Positions 54,101-62,256 of a stretch of DNA of 64,000 nucleotides are shown here, piece after piece. The notes under the pieces were generated by a model, which worked only from the letters and a program-made list of their open reading frames with translations, did no database searches and had not been told where the DNA came from. The first letter of the stretch is position 1, and each line of letters opens with the position of its first letter. This stretch comes from Euryarchaeota archaeon UBA462 (GTDB taxonomy: Archaea; Thermoplasmatota; Poseidoniia; Poseidoniales; Thalassarchaeaceae). Made by a program: the position numbers and the translations under genes. The DNA lies in the NCBI GenBank assembly GCA_002506755.1, contig DAYD01000008.1:2151-66150 (forward strand), written 5' to 3'.

Positions 54101-56417
54101 CTGGCTGACAAGTCGCAGGCCCCAGTTTATCTGACGACCAGTTTGTAACTGCTCTGATCTCCCACTCATCCAGTACTGTAGAAGCAGCGGAGTTCAGGGG
54201 AAAGCCTTGTGGATACTTATCGTTGGTATTGTTCAGCCTTGTGTACATCAAAGTCTCTTGCCACTCGGTGTTGCTGTAGTCAAGCCATGCAATGTGTACA
54301 TTGTCGAATTGATCTGTTAAAATTGATGGGAACATGGAGCTTGGAGCATACGGATAATCATCTGAAGCCCCCTCGCATTGTTCTGCTGTGGAAACAGAGC
54401 TAGAAGCTATTTGCTTTATTCCATATGCAGGAAGTCCATCAGGGACCCCATCCCACTCAGCTGCACCCCTCAGCCGTAGTCTAGTGTAGTATATCTCATA
54501 CGCACCCTCGATATCTATGCCTCCTGTGGCACCACTGCAACCAGGGTATAGTCTACCATCCTGCCATGCCAGGTGAGTATTTCCTGATGTATCAATAGCA
54601 ATAGATGGGTGTAGACTGTATGCGGGATTATTGGTAATTTGGGTATCGTTGACTACCACGAGATGCCCATATCCTTGATCGTCTTCTGAAGGGCCCAAGT
54701 CTTCTGTATAGTAGCCGCCCTGGGTATTGGTCTCGGTTCCAGAGTCCCCCCTAGTCCAACCCGGCCAAGGGTTTTCTAGTAGAGAGTGAGGGTCCAGAAC
54801 GGTCATATAAATCTCTCTTGAGTTGTTGGTGGCTAGATAAATCATAGCCTCAACCATGATCTCTAGCTCGCTTCCTGAACCAGCAGTCGTGGGAAATTGG
54901 TACATCTGTCCCTGCGCATTTGTTGTTCGAGTAGTTACTCCATTGCATGTCCTAGTGTTCAAACCTGATCCGACTGGACATTGTGCCAAGTCTAACATGT
55001 AGCTACCTACTGCGGTATCAGATCCTGCCCAAAGAGGGTATGGTTTTGTCTGAGCTAGTACACAGGCATCGTGAGCTTGATTGATGCTTTGAGTATCATC
55101 ATTATCCATTGGAGTCCCTCCATAGGGACCTTCGTCAGAGATTGGAATGACTACCCGTGTTGCATTGTCGTTCCATCGATGGTCATCGGCCGTAGGAGGA
55201 TTAGCTGCCAATCCCTGCCTGCCTTGAGCATCCCTGTAAGAAAGACATGCCCAGGTTGATGCTGGTCCCCAGAACTCACTGTAGTATCCGCCATCGGCAG
55301 GAAGATTCGTAGCCTGATTGTTGTAAACTACTTCAGTAAGCTCCCTTATCCCTCCGGAAGAGTCACCCCCTCCAAGAGGGGTGCTTCTAGGCCCTTGGCT
55401 GCCTGATCCTCCTGTCTGGTATGCAGCAGCACAGTTCCCACTGGTGGCCGCAGCTGGCCAATTCCCGCTAAGAGCGTAGAGTGTCTCATAAACCGTCATA
55501 TTTGCCTGTACGAGCAGTGGCTTTAGTCCTTCGAAATATCCGCCACTAGCAAAATTGCCTCCGTAAAATACGGCGCACATGTCGGCCCATTCAGCATTCA
55601 TAGAGCCAGAAGTATCAATCGGAACGACCATCTCTACCTGACCTCCTCTTGTATCGTCCCATACTATTTGGACGAAGTCATTCACGTCTACTGCTATGTC
55701 AGGGTGCCCTTTTTGCCCAAGAATTGGAGTAAGCAGTGTGTTATCAATCTCAACGATTACCATTCTTGCGGTATGATCTATTGAGAGCATTTTGTAAAAA
55801 ATCTGAGATTGTTGATAATATAGTTCGAGAGGTTCGAAAGAGTCCTCCCAAACTATGTGTGGGTTGTTGTCTGAGTCTACATCGATTGCAGGCCAATCCC
55901 TATTCTGCGGATTGTTCGCTACTTCATAATCATCTGGCACAATAGATAGAACGGAATCTAGAGAAGAGTCTCCGCTCTGGTCGTCTAGAGATGGGTCAAG
56001 GAGGGTATAGTATATTTTGTACTGACCTGATTTATCCGTCCAAACCACGTGGACCATGTCATCACTGTCTACTCTAATATCGGGGTGCCACGCCCTATGC
56101 GCTCCTGGGTCTGAAATCTGTGTCTCAGCGATTAGAGTCTCGCCCCTTGGATCTAACATTTTGTAATAGAGATGATTTGTGTTTCTACTCCAGACTATGT
56201 GAACGTTACCTGAGGAGTCAGCATCCATTGCAATCATTCTGTCATTGAATGTAGCACTCTGAACAACCTCTATTGGATCTGTAAGCACAACATCGCTTGC
56301 ACTAGCTGGAGAAGTAAAAGAACCAAGAATACTCACTATCATCAAAAGAACGATCGTCAAACCACTTCTCTTGTGGCCTATCCCATCTTGGGGGGCGTAG
56401 CCAGTGGGCTGCATCAT
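51165..56417 (-). CDS. Giant (1750 aa) surface protein: signal peptide, repeated [IV]-x-[IV/A]-W-x-D blades interrupted by a vWA domain, CARDB/NEW3-like beta-sandwich modules, C-terminal TM anchor
   Basis: Signal ...LGSFTSPASASD. Blades: NVHIVWSRN..YYKMLDP, MVHVVWTDK..IYYTLLDP, NPHIVWEDS, FVQIVWDD, NTHLAWQD..IYYTRL, NVHIAWLD..LMYTRL, GAHLAWSD. vWA MIDAS: VVPIDTSGSMN (aa ~265-274). CARDB-like: APDLVLEKVTVNQREASIGEMISVIVEVTNRGNAHASDVNIILC. TM helix VPVIIMGATFSLIGVAGYVIWG. Tail ends ...PGSDDDDMVF. Confidence 0.9.
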   Translation of the reverse strand: MMQPTGYAPQDGIGHKRSGLTIVLLMIVSILGSFTSPASASDVVLTDPIEVVQSATFNDRMIAMDADSSGNVHIVWSRNTNHLYYKMLDPRGETLIAETQISDPGAHRAWHPDIRVDSDDMVHVVWTDKSGQYKIYYTLLDPSLDDQSGDSSLDSVLSIVPDDYEVANNPQNRDWPAIDVDSDNNPHIVWEDSFEPLELYYQQSQIFYKMLSIDHTARMVIVEIDNTLLTPILGQKGHPDIAVDVNDFVQIVWDDTRGGQVEMVVPIDTSGSMNAEWADMCAVFYGGNFASGGYFEGLKPLLVQANMTVYETLYALSGNWPAAATSGNCAAAYQTGGSGSQGPRSTPLGGGDSSGGIRELTEVVYNNQATNLPADGGYYSEFWGPASTWACLSYRDAQGRQGLAANPPTADDHRWNDNATRVVIPISDEGPYGGTPMDNDDTQSINQAHDACVLAQTKPYPLWAGSDTAVGSYMLDLAQCPVGSGLNTRTCNGVTTRTTNAQGQMYQFPTTAGSGSELEIMVEAMIYLATNNSREIYMTVLDPHSLLENPWPGWTRGDSGTETNTQGGYYTEDLGPSEDDQGYGHLVVVNDTQITNNPAYSLHPSIAIDTSGNTHLAWQDGRLYPGCSGATGGIDIEGAYEIYYTRLRLRGAAEWDGVPDGLPAYGIKQIASSSVSTAEQCEGASDDYPYAPSSMFPSILTDQFDNVHIAWLDYSNTEWQETLMYTRLNNTNDKYPQGFPLNSAASTVLDEWEIRAVTNWSSDKLGPATCQPECNTADGEHLYPDFNLDRGMPPAFANDLGSGAHLAWSDKRCDPDSPSASKWTLCYVHVLTGLVDLSLACDNKISANTNIEGYPYECPAEAETFYHTIQPGELTTFNISIANPTPGPAELVKDTFTVTMEGVPNNWTATLFYMTNNTPIFDSTKIFLEGGSIDPLYLRVRAPTIYQAKQDELAQISIIATSSKDPAIRSKLTLLTLMDVVHGIELDTSHFQVDVEQGKSAVFSISIKNTGNVYDTFAFYDPTTLEGQNEWALPFGWGVEFPFSISLDPGQSVTRNLKVSVPESQDPGTFAIYLKGWSTGEPVLSIDRGTFDVLELWINVSIRTTGNIVFGVGDTKLYVLPGECARFPIQVDKYFTPGYLVFSTPGAPEERPSGADINSWRFDHWTVDLDFSEWPGGSSSADQDIYWAQIENSYTVTAEMCAPFNATAGIGESMTVRAHLDGAPKVRDSVLILTNVVQRYELESEVPETILELYPGQSYQMDTMISNKGNGPDRFDITIASIVDDAGGFHVWDMNIPRILFEELDRDESQVVPIYVNVPEKTLAGEYTITFNVLSEEPFEDTRLQDQIVLRATIIEFHDMRISLDPSVESKIKTTAPSRIVRYTLNVTNYGNVADQPTIHNHTYDDVNEVWLASPGMGALSTWEVDYALLEGFRTEFPIENPCVELTVEEEVQITQQQAQGNEPDYCFLTAGNTVTLPLMEPYTTLQLVVIVTVAPDASLTDRNIGIKVLSMHGSSEEGGDHDETKIWTDSCTLDDNSDGIPDNLPPDCDTNEQVLEMRLRAPDLVLEKVTVNQREASIGEMISVIVEVTNRGNAHASDVNIILCKDQSESDIKRNGCKENNIVYRQIVAAIMPIGQSETEQQDPITLLYMVQAGNHEIVVVVDPDNNIVETNENNNIESAGTMSSPLGALDVGREVVVKYSVPVIIMGATFSLIGVAGYVIWGRRIEAIARFSELSSLLPGSDDDDMVF

Positions 56418-56495
56418 GCGATGTCGACGATATCGAATACTTAACGTGAACGCCTTGAAGTCCTAATTCAGTTTAGTTGGCGGTTTCTTCCTGCT

Positions 56496-57119
56496 TTACA
56501 CCCATTCCAATGGATCAAAATCCTTTCCAAACCCACCCGTCTCATCAGTATCTATGTCAGAAATCCTAGTTTGAGATTGACGAGGTTGACGATTCCTTTT
56601 TCCCTCCCAGTCGTCAACGGGTCCTGGTTTCCCCTTGCCAGTTCCGAATCCGTATTTTATCTGATGGATGAGGGATAGTTTAGTCAACCAAACCTTTCTC
56701 ATACTCTGCATAAATTCATTCTGAGTGAGTCCGTCTAGCCATACAGGTCTTGAAAGATTGAATGCCTGCAAAGGTCCAGCCACATCGTTGTTGGTGCGAC
56801 CTACGTGGAGAACCCAGTCCAAATCAGAGGAGGTCATTCTTATCCTAGTTTCATGAAGCCATTTTTCCCATTCATGAGAGTCTTCTAGTCCCATCTCCTT
56901 CATCGAGTCCTGTTGACCCTCGTCTACTCTTGTTATCGAGTATACAAGTACTAGATTCCTCTTTTTTGGAATCACCACATTAAACAGGTGACCCTGTTTT
57001 GTAGGGGGGTACCTGACATGCAGGTGGATATGAGCTTGAGGATCTTGAACTTCCCTAGCCTCCAATCTTTCACTGTTAAGCCAGGACCGGATTGACTCTG
57101 TCGCCTCCCTGTGGTTCAT
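56496..57119 (-). CDS. Hypothetical protein (207 aa)
   Basis: ATG ORF in a co-directional gene string. No motif confidently recognised. The C-terminal third is low-complexity, G/K/D-rich, ending DFDPLEWV. Confidence 0.55.
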   Translation of the reverse strand: MNHREATESIRSWLNSERLEAREVQDPQAHIHLHVRYPPTKQGHLFNVVIPKKRNLVLVYSITRVDEGQQDSMKEMGLEDSHEWEKWLHETRIRMTSSDLDWVLHVGRTNNDVAGPLQAFNLSRPVWLDGLTQNEFMQSMRKVWLTKLSLIHQIKYGFGTGKGKPGPVDDWEGKRNRQPRQSQTRISDIDTDETGGFGKDFDPLEWV

Positions 57120-57143
57120 GGGTGTTGCAGTCAGTCGTCCTAT

Positions 57144-58619
57144 TTAGAGCAAGTTGAGATTAGAACGTGTTTGCTCAATGAGTTTCTCAAGTATTTTACC
57201 TTGCTTGGATTTAGCCAAATTGGTTCTCTTCACTGAGTCATAATAGTCCGAAACAAGGTCGTATCCAAATAAAAATATAATATTTGAAAAATGGAATACA
57301 AACATTATGATCAGACAAATGGCAGGTGTGAGTAATGAGAGCGGGGCGATCGCGAGAGAAGCGATTAGAGCTATTGGAGGCCAAAAAATAACCGGTGAGA
57401 ACATTGCCGCTAACATGTGGTAAGTAGTTCTGGCGTCAATTCCTTCATCCGTTCTATCTCCGAAATACCATGCGAAGAATGCTTGTAGACCGGTGGATGG
57501 GATCGAGATCGGTGAAACTAAGGTCATGAGAAACGCTCCAATAAGCCCCTTACCAAATTCTTTACCGATGCGAACCTTGCCATCATTAATCGAACGCCCG
57601 TCTAAATTGTATGATTGTAGAATTTCAGCGGCCTCCGCTGCTGATTGAGTTATTGCTTCGTAATCCTGCCTACCTGCTATCGCCTCCCGAACTTCTCTTG
57701 CAGCTAGGACCTCATCTTTGAAGGACTGCAGGTGTCTTCCTGACTCTTGCGCTCTCAAGTGGGCTATCAGGTGCCATGCCCTGTAAATTTCCCAACTTGG
57801 AGCATTTGGAGTCACATTGGAGACCTCCTCAAAGAGCTTGTCTCGCAGGAGATTAACCTGTTCTGCTGGTGGTTCTACCCATGAACCAGCTGAGATTATG
57901 TTTCCTATTTCTTTTTCATTTGGTGGTCTGACGGGAATAGGATCTGATAATTCAACAAAAATGTCGGTCCTAAACAAGTAGTGACACCTGTAATGTAGGC
58001 CAACTGGCTGGAGTGCTGGGAGGGGATTTCCTCTATTTCTTGCCAATGCTGCCGCATTAACTGCGAATCGCATTGGACCTGTCTTGAAGCGATGGGGCCT
58101 TGAGTCTTGATGGGACTTGCCCTCGGGCATAACAAGTGCGTTATATCCTGAGGCCAAGCAATTTGTCATAGTTAGAAGTGTTCTATCATTGATTTCTTTG
58201 GCATAGTCCTCATTTGCGACACCACTAGCTATCTCCGGCCTTCTAATCACGGGTTGTGAACCCATTCTTCTAGCGAACCAGCCCACGAGAGGCATGGTCA
58301 TGATGTCATGTCTGCCCATAGAGATAATCCTGCTATCTTGGGCTAGGGTGAGTAACATAGGGTCTACCAATCCATTTACATGCATTGAAGAGAGTATTCT
58401 ACCACCTTCATATTCGGAGTTTTTTTCTATCTGTTTTCTCCTGAAAATATACCTCATAGCTACTCCCAACATTAGGAGGATTGCTTTCCAAAAAATAGCA
58501 TTCCCAGGGTGTTTTCCTGAATGATCCCATGGAAGGTTATCCAACCTTTTTTTCCTCAATTTCGTGGCACCTGTGGATAGTCTTGGGTCAATGTCAGGAG
58601 CTCGTTGCATATCCGGCAC
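57144..58619 (-). CDS. Glycerolipid acyltransferase-family protein (PlsC/LPLAT-like) with a C-terminal multi-helix membrane domain
   Basis: His/Asp block SSMHVNGLVDPMLL, block II GRHDIMTMPLVGWFARRMGSQPV, block III ALVMPEGKSHQDS, and hydrophobic helices at aa ~360-460. Confidence 0.6.
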   Translation of the reverse strand: MPDMQRAPDIDPRLSTGATKLRKKRLDNLPWDHSGKHPGNAIFWKAILLMLGVAMRYIFRRKQIEKNSEYEGGRILSSMHVNGLVDPMLLTLAQDSRIISMGRHDIMTMPLVGWFARRMGSQPVIRRPEIASGVANEDYAKEINDRTLLTMTNCLASGYNALVMPEGKSHQDSRPHRFKTGPMRFAVNAAALARNRGNPLPALQPVGLHYRCHYLFRTDIFVELSDPIPVRPPNEKEIGNIISAGSWVEPPAEQVNLLRDKLFEEVSNVTPNAPSWEIYRAWHLIAHLRAQESGRHLQSFKDEVLAAREVREAIAGRQDYEAITQSAAEAAEILQSYNLDGRSINDGKVRIGKEFGKGLIGAFLMTLVSPISIPSTGLQAFFAWYFGDRTDEGIDARTTYHMLAAMFSPVIFWPPIALIASLAIAPLSLLTPAICLIIMFVFHFSNIIFLFGYDLVSDYYDSVKRTNLAKSKQGKILEKLIEQTRSNLNLL

Positions 58620-58661
58620 AGTCGGGCGAGCGGGTCTGAGGTCTTGATTATTGATAATCCA

Positions 58662-59084
58662 TCATTGCATAAGGCGAGTAATTGATTTAGCTAAGGAAAC
58701 AGCATCTTCGTTATTCAATGGTTTTGTTTTGAACGGCCAGGAAAGTCCACTACCATCTTCGAACTTTGGAATTATGTGAAAGTGAACATGGAAGACACTT
58801 TGGTAAGCATTCGGTCCGTTATTCTGTAGAACGTTAAATTCCTCTGCTCCAGTTGCTTCAAGTATGGCCTTGGAAATCTTTGGAAGAACCCTTCCCAGTG
58901 CCTCTGCCGACTCCTCTGATAATTTATCAAGAGTCCGGGCAGGCTCCTTTGGGACCACTAAAGTGTGGCCGTAACTGAAGGGGTTTATGTCAAGGAAAGC
59001 AATCACCTCTCCATCCTCGTATATTTTGTGGCTTGGTATGCTACCCTCGATGATCATGGTGAAGATGCTCGGATCATCATCCAT
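58662..59084 (-). CDS. HIT-family (histidine triad) nucleotide hydrolase/transferase
   Basis: Histidine triad SVFHVHFHIIPK. N-terminal part IIEGSIPSHKIYEDGEVIAFLDINPFSYGHTLVVPK. ATG at 59084; the ORF could start at TTG 59102, which would overlap the upstream gene by 14 nt. Confidence 0.85.
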   Translation of the reverse strand: MDDDPSIFTMIIEGSIPSHKIYEDGEVIAFLDINPFSYGHTLVVPKEPARTLDKLSEESAEALGRVLPKISKAILEATGAEEFNVLQNNGPNAYQSVFHVHFHIIPKFEDGSGLSWPFKTKPLNNEDAVSLAKSITRLMQ

Positions 59085-59088
59085 TCGT

Positions 59089-60588
59089 TTAGCCTCCGCC
59101 AAGAATCGATTCTGCCAGTGCTGCCATACCCTGTAGGCGAATGGCTTCGACCACCTCAGTGTTCATCACTTGGGATTCGTCACTTAGGCTAAGCCCTGAT
59201 TTCCTTATGTCTCTTATCTTATCTAGGGATGTATTCTGTGCTTCGCTACAGATTGCCGAAGTCAGCTCTGAGGAAAATTGTACTATCGGGATACCTGTAG
59301 GGTCGTGTAGTGACGAGATTTTGCTTGATGATTCGTCTACCGCTGCTTCAAACATTTCTTCTCCACCAAATTTCGCTTCAGAAGCCCACTCGGATGCATG
59401 CGAGCCTGCTAACTTACCAGTTACCAATTCCTCAAGGAGAAGGTTGCCCGGGAGAGGTGCCTCTCCGTGCATCCCTGAATTTGCGCTCCTTCCTACGGCG
59501 TATAGTCCGGTAAACCATAGTCTAGCAGGAAGTCCCTCATCAGTGAAACCATCGAAAATAACTCTGCCTGATTCGTCGGATGGAACTCCTCCGATTGTGA
59601 AAGCCACGTTAGGAGAAATTGGAATTACATCTCTTGAAATGTCTATTCCGAGTCTATCCTTTACCCTAGATGATGTTTGAGAGAACCAGACCATTGAATC
59701 GGTGTCAATCCCCCTGAGATCTAAAATGCATTTCTCCCCCTCAAGCACCTCCTCTGGCCCTACATCTTCGCCATTTTCTCTTCTAATTCTACCTCCGACC
59801 CCAAGAACATCCATCGGTATATCTATTCCAAAATCCTTCACAGAAAGTGGGTGTTTTGGAGTTAGTTCCATGCCCCTTAGTTTGACTCCCGCCATCATTG
59901 CTAACACCGAGCCAGTTCCTGCTCCATTGCTCGGTGAAGACCATATTCCTTGGTGACCATCCGTGGCTAGAATCACCGCCTTTGCTTGGATGGGTGAGAC
60001 CTCGCCGCTGACAATATCCAAGATTATAACGCCTCTGACTTGATTGTTATCTGTGACGAGGGTAAGAGGAAGAGAGTCAGTTTTCCTCCTTATGCCCCTC
60101 TTGATTACCTGCTCTTCAAGGACCCTAGTTGTCTCTCTTATCGTTGAGTCCCCGCATCCCGTAAGCCTAGCTGATTTGTGACCAGGGACAATGGCGGCAA
60201 AGGGAAGCCCTCCTTCTCTCCTCCTTAGGACTAGGCCCCACCTCTCTAACTCAGCCAGGGTATTTACCCCCTCTTTGCAAACACTAGATACCACTGACTG
60301 ATCTGATGCGTCACCCCCGGAAATTATAGTGTCCTCTGCATGAGATTTTGAGTCCATCTCGTCGATGGAAACGGCCAATCCAGCAACTGGATTAGCACCG
60401 GAGGCGGAGCCCACTCCGAGCTCATCAATCATAAGCGGATTCACGCCTCCTTCTGCGCAAGCTATTGCTGCACGAAGTGCTGAGGGGCCCGATCCAATCA
60501 CAACGACATCCCAGGACTCCATGCTAACGAGTTGTCCAACGGTCACAATCTCATGAACGTGACGCCTAGTATGGTTCTGAGCATTCAT
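59089..60588 (-). CDS. Divergent FAD-binding flavoprotein of the SdhA/FrdA/NadB family
   Basis: Dinucleotide-binding WDVVVIGSGPSALRAAIACAEGG; HAEDTIISGGDASD; C-terminal FAD-binding-like GLYAVGRSANSGMHGEAPLPGNLLLEELVTG. The ATG overlaps the upstream stop (TGATG). Confidence 0.6.
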   Translation of the reverse strand: MNAQNHTRRHVHEIVTVGQLVSMESWDVVVIGSGPSALRAAIACAEGGVNPLMIDELGVGSASGANPVAGLAVSIDEMDSKSHAEDTIISGGDASDQSVVSSVCKEGVNTLAELERWGLVLRRREGGLPFAAIVPGHKSARLTGCGDSTIRETTRVLEEQVIKRGIRRKTDSLPLTLVTDNNQVRGVIILDIVSGEVSPIQAKAVILATDGHQGIWSSPSNGAGTGSVLAMMAGVKLRGMELTPKHPLSVKDFGIDIPMDVLGVGGRIRRENGEDVGPEEVLEGEKCILDLRGIDTDSMVWFSQTSSRVKDRLGIDISRDVIPISPNVAFTIGGVPSDESGRVIFDGFTDEGLPARLWFTGLYAVGRSANSGMHGEAPLPGNLLLEELVTGKLAGSHASEWASEAKFGGEEMFEAAVDESSSKISSLHDPTGIPIVQFSSELTSAICSEAQNTSLDKIRDIRKSGLSLSDESQVMNTEVVEAIRLQGMAALAESILGGG

Positions 60589-62054
60589 CAATCTGCTACC
60601 GAAATTGCCAGCCTTCTGACCGAGACAGCGGCATCAATCATCTTCTCTGCTGCTCCTTCAGGGTTGAATCCGGATGACAGTGTGGTCGTCACGACGATTG
60701 AAGAGAGCGTCTCACCGTCCGATTCTCTTAAAGTGACTTGTACTGGTCTGGAACCAGTAGTTCCCTTTGGCCAAGCTAGTCCAATCCATAGAACAGAGCA
60801 GTTATCAATCAGCTTACCAAGAACGTCGACCAAATCATTTCCTTCCTCCCCTATTCTAGCTGATCTTTTGGGTTGTTTTGACTTGAGAGAGTTGAGCCTG
60901 ATTGTTTGTTGGTGAGGCTCACCGTCTGCAGCAATGATATCTATCTCTACCTGAACGTCATTGCCGGAGTGATTGTGAATCATAACGAACAAGTCTCCCT
61001 GTCCCTGAGTACATCTTGGAGGGATGTCGAGGTCCATTCTCCAAGGTTGATTCACTAGAGACGAGTGCCCTCTGAGCGCGGCGTCCTCTAGCCTATCGAT
61101 AATCCTGAAAATTCCAGGCTGCCAGACTCTAGTGTGCGCCATTATCCTCTTCAAGGTCCTGAAAGAGAACTTCGATTCATCATTATTCAGATAGTCTATC
61201 GCTGCTACTCTAAACACTCTTTTAGACTCGGAAACCAATTTCTGGTCATCCAAGAGCCCTAAATGATTCAGGTGAAGTACTCTGAGCAAATGCTCCACCG
61301 CAGATTCTGGGGACTGATTAGATCTGACTTTCTTTTCTAATCCTCTTACCCAGTCGTCCCATGCTCCTGCTGTCTCAGGATCCAGATGAGCTATTACTAA
61401 GTCAGACAATACCCTATCCAATGTGCTTTGGTGCAGAGAAGGAGCATGCATAGAAAGAAGTGGGAAGTCCTTGTCCGTCATTGGGATTCTTCTCTCCAAT
61501 TGAAGTGTGTTTATCAGGGAAATAGAGCCTGAAAAGATAGCCAGGCCGAAAAGGATTGATTCCAATGTTGTACCTGTATTGTACGTTCCTATAGAGTTTA
61601 CAGAAACAAGAGCGATCGCTGCGCAAAGAAGCCTTGTCCTTTCCCTGAGAAGTCTCTCGTGTAGCGTGTTCAATATCCTCTCTACTCCGGGATAAGCTTC
61701 CATAGAGCTCTTTCCCCCGACCTTGAGCTGAAGTCGATCCCTGGCAGACATATGAGCAAATGAGGATGCGGCCAAAGTTGGGAGGAAAAGTAGCGTCTGA
61801 ACCCCAAAAAATATCTCACCTACTCCCGTATCAAAAAAACTCCATCCAGTCGCGAGAAGTGAGACGTAAAATAGGGCAATGAATGAAATTAGAATCCTCG
61901 CTTCCTTGCTCCCCCTTACTGTTATTACTCTAGTCCATAAATCTCTTTGAGAGTCTCTTATTCTGACTCTTCTATTTAATGCAGATTCGGAGGCTTGCCC
62001 AAATGTGCTATCTTCCCCATATGGATTTGGGAGGTCAGATGAGCCGGTCGCCAC
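60588..62054 (-). CDS. Hypothetical membrane protein (488 aa; ~4 TM helices plus a ~290-aa soluble C-terminal domain)
   Basis: Helices ILISFIALFYVSLLATGW, FGVQTLLFLPTLAASSFA, LLCAAIALVSVNSIG and ILFGLAIFSGSISLI. No recognised catalytic motif. Its stop overlaps the flavoprotein start. Confidence 0.6.
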   Translation of the reverse strand: MATGSSDLPNPYGEDSTFGQASESALNRRVRIRDSQRDLWTRVITVRGSKEARILISFIALFYVSLLATGWSFFDTGVGEIFFGVQTLLFLPTLAASSFAHMSARDRLQLKVGGKSSMEAYPGVERILNTLHERLLRERTRLLCAAIALVSVNSIGTYNTGTTLESILFGLAIFSGSISLINTLQLERRIPMTDKDFPLLSMHAPSLHQSTLDRVLSDLVIAHLDPETAGAWDDWVRGLEKKVRSNQSPESAVEHLLRVLHLNHLGLLDDQKLVSESKRVFRVAAIDYLNNDESKFSFRTLKRIMAHTRVWQPGIFRIIDRLEDAALRGHSSLVNQPWRMDLDIPPRCTQGQGDLFVMIHNHSGNDVQVEIDIIAADGEPHQQTIRLNSLKSKQPKRSARIGEEGNDLVDVLGKLIDNCSVLWIGLAWPKGTTGSRPVQVTLRESDGETLSSIVVTTTLSSGFNPEGAAEKMIDAAVSVRRLAISVAD

Positions 62055-62156
62055 AGGCCTACGAATTGTCTCCTGCGCTTCATGGCATCGGAAGACAGGT
62101 GATCAGAGCCCTATTTTTCGGGGTAGATTTCTTCAGGGGCTCGTGCTCGCGAGGAT

Positions 62157-62234
62157 GGGCGTGTAGCATAGCCTGGATAATGCACCGGCCTCCTAAGCCG
62201 GGGACCGCGGGTTCGAATCCTGCCGCGCCCGCCA
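62157..62234 (+). tRNA. tRNA-Arg (anticodon CCT), CCA encoded
   Basis: GGGCGTG TA GCAT AGCCTGGATA ATGC A CCGGC CTCCTAA GCCGG GGACC GCGGG TTCGAAT CCTGC CGCGCCC G CCA. All four stems pair, with two G-U pairs. Confidence 0.9.
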
Positions 62235-62256
62235 AATTGTCTTTGGAAACTCTAAG

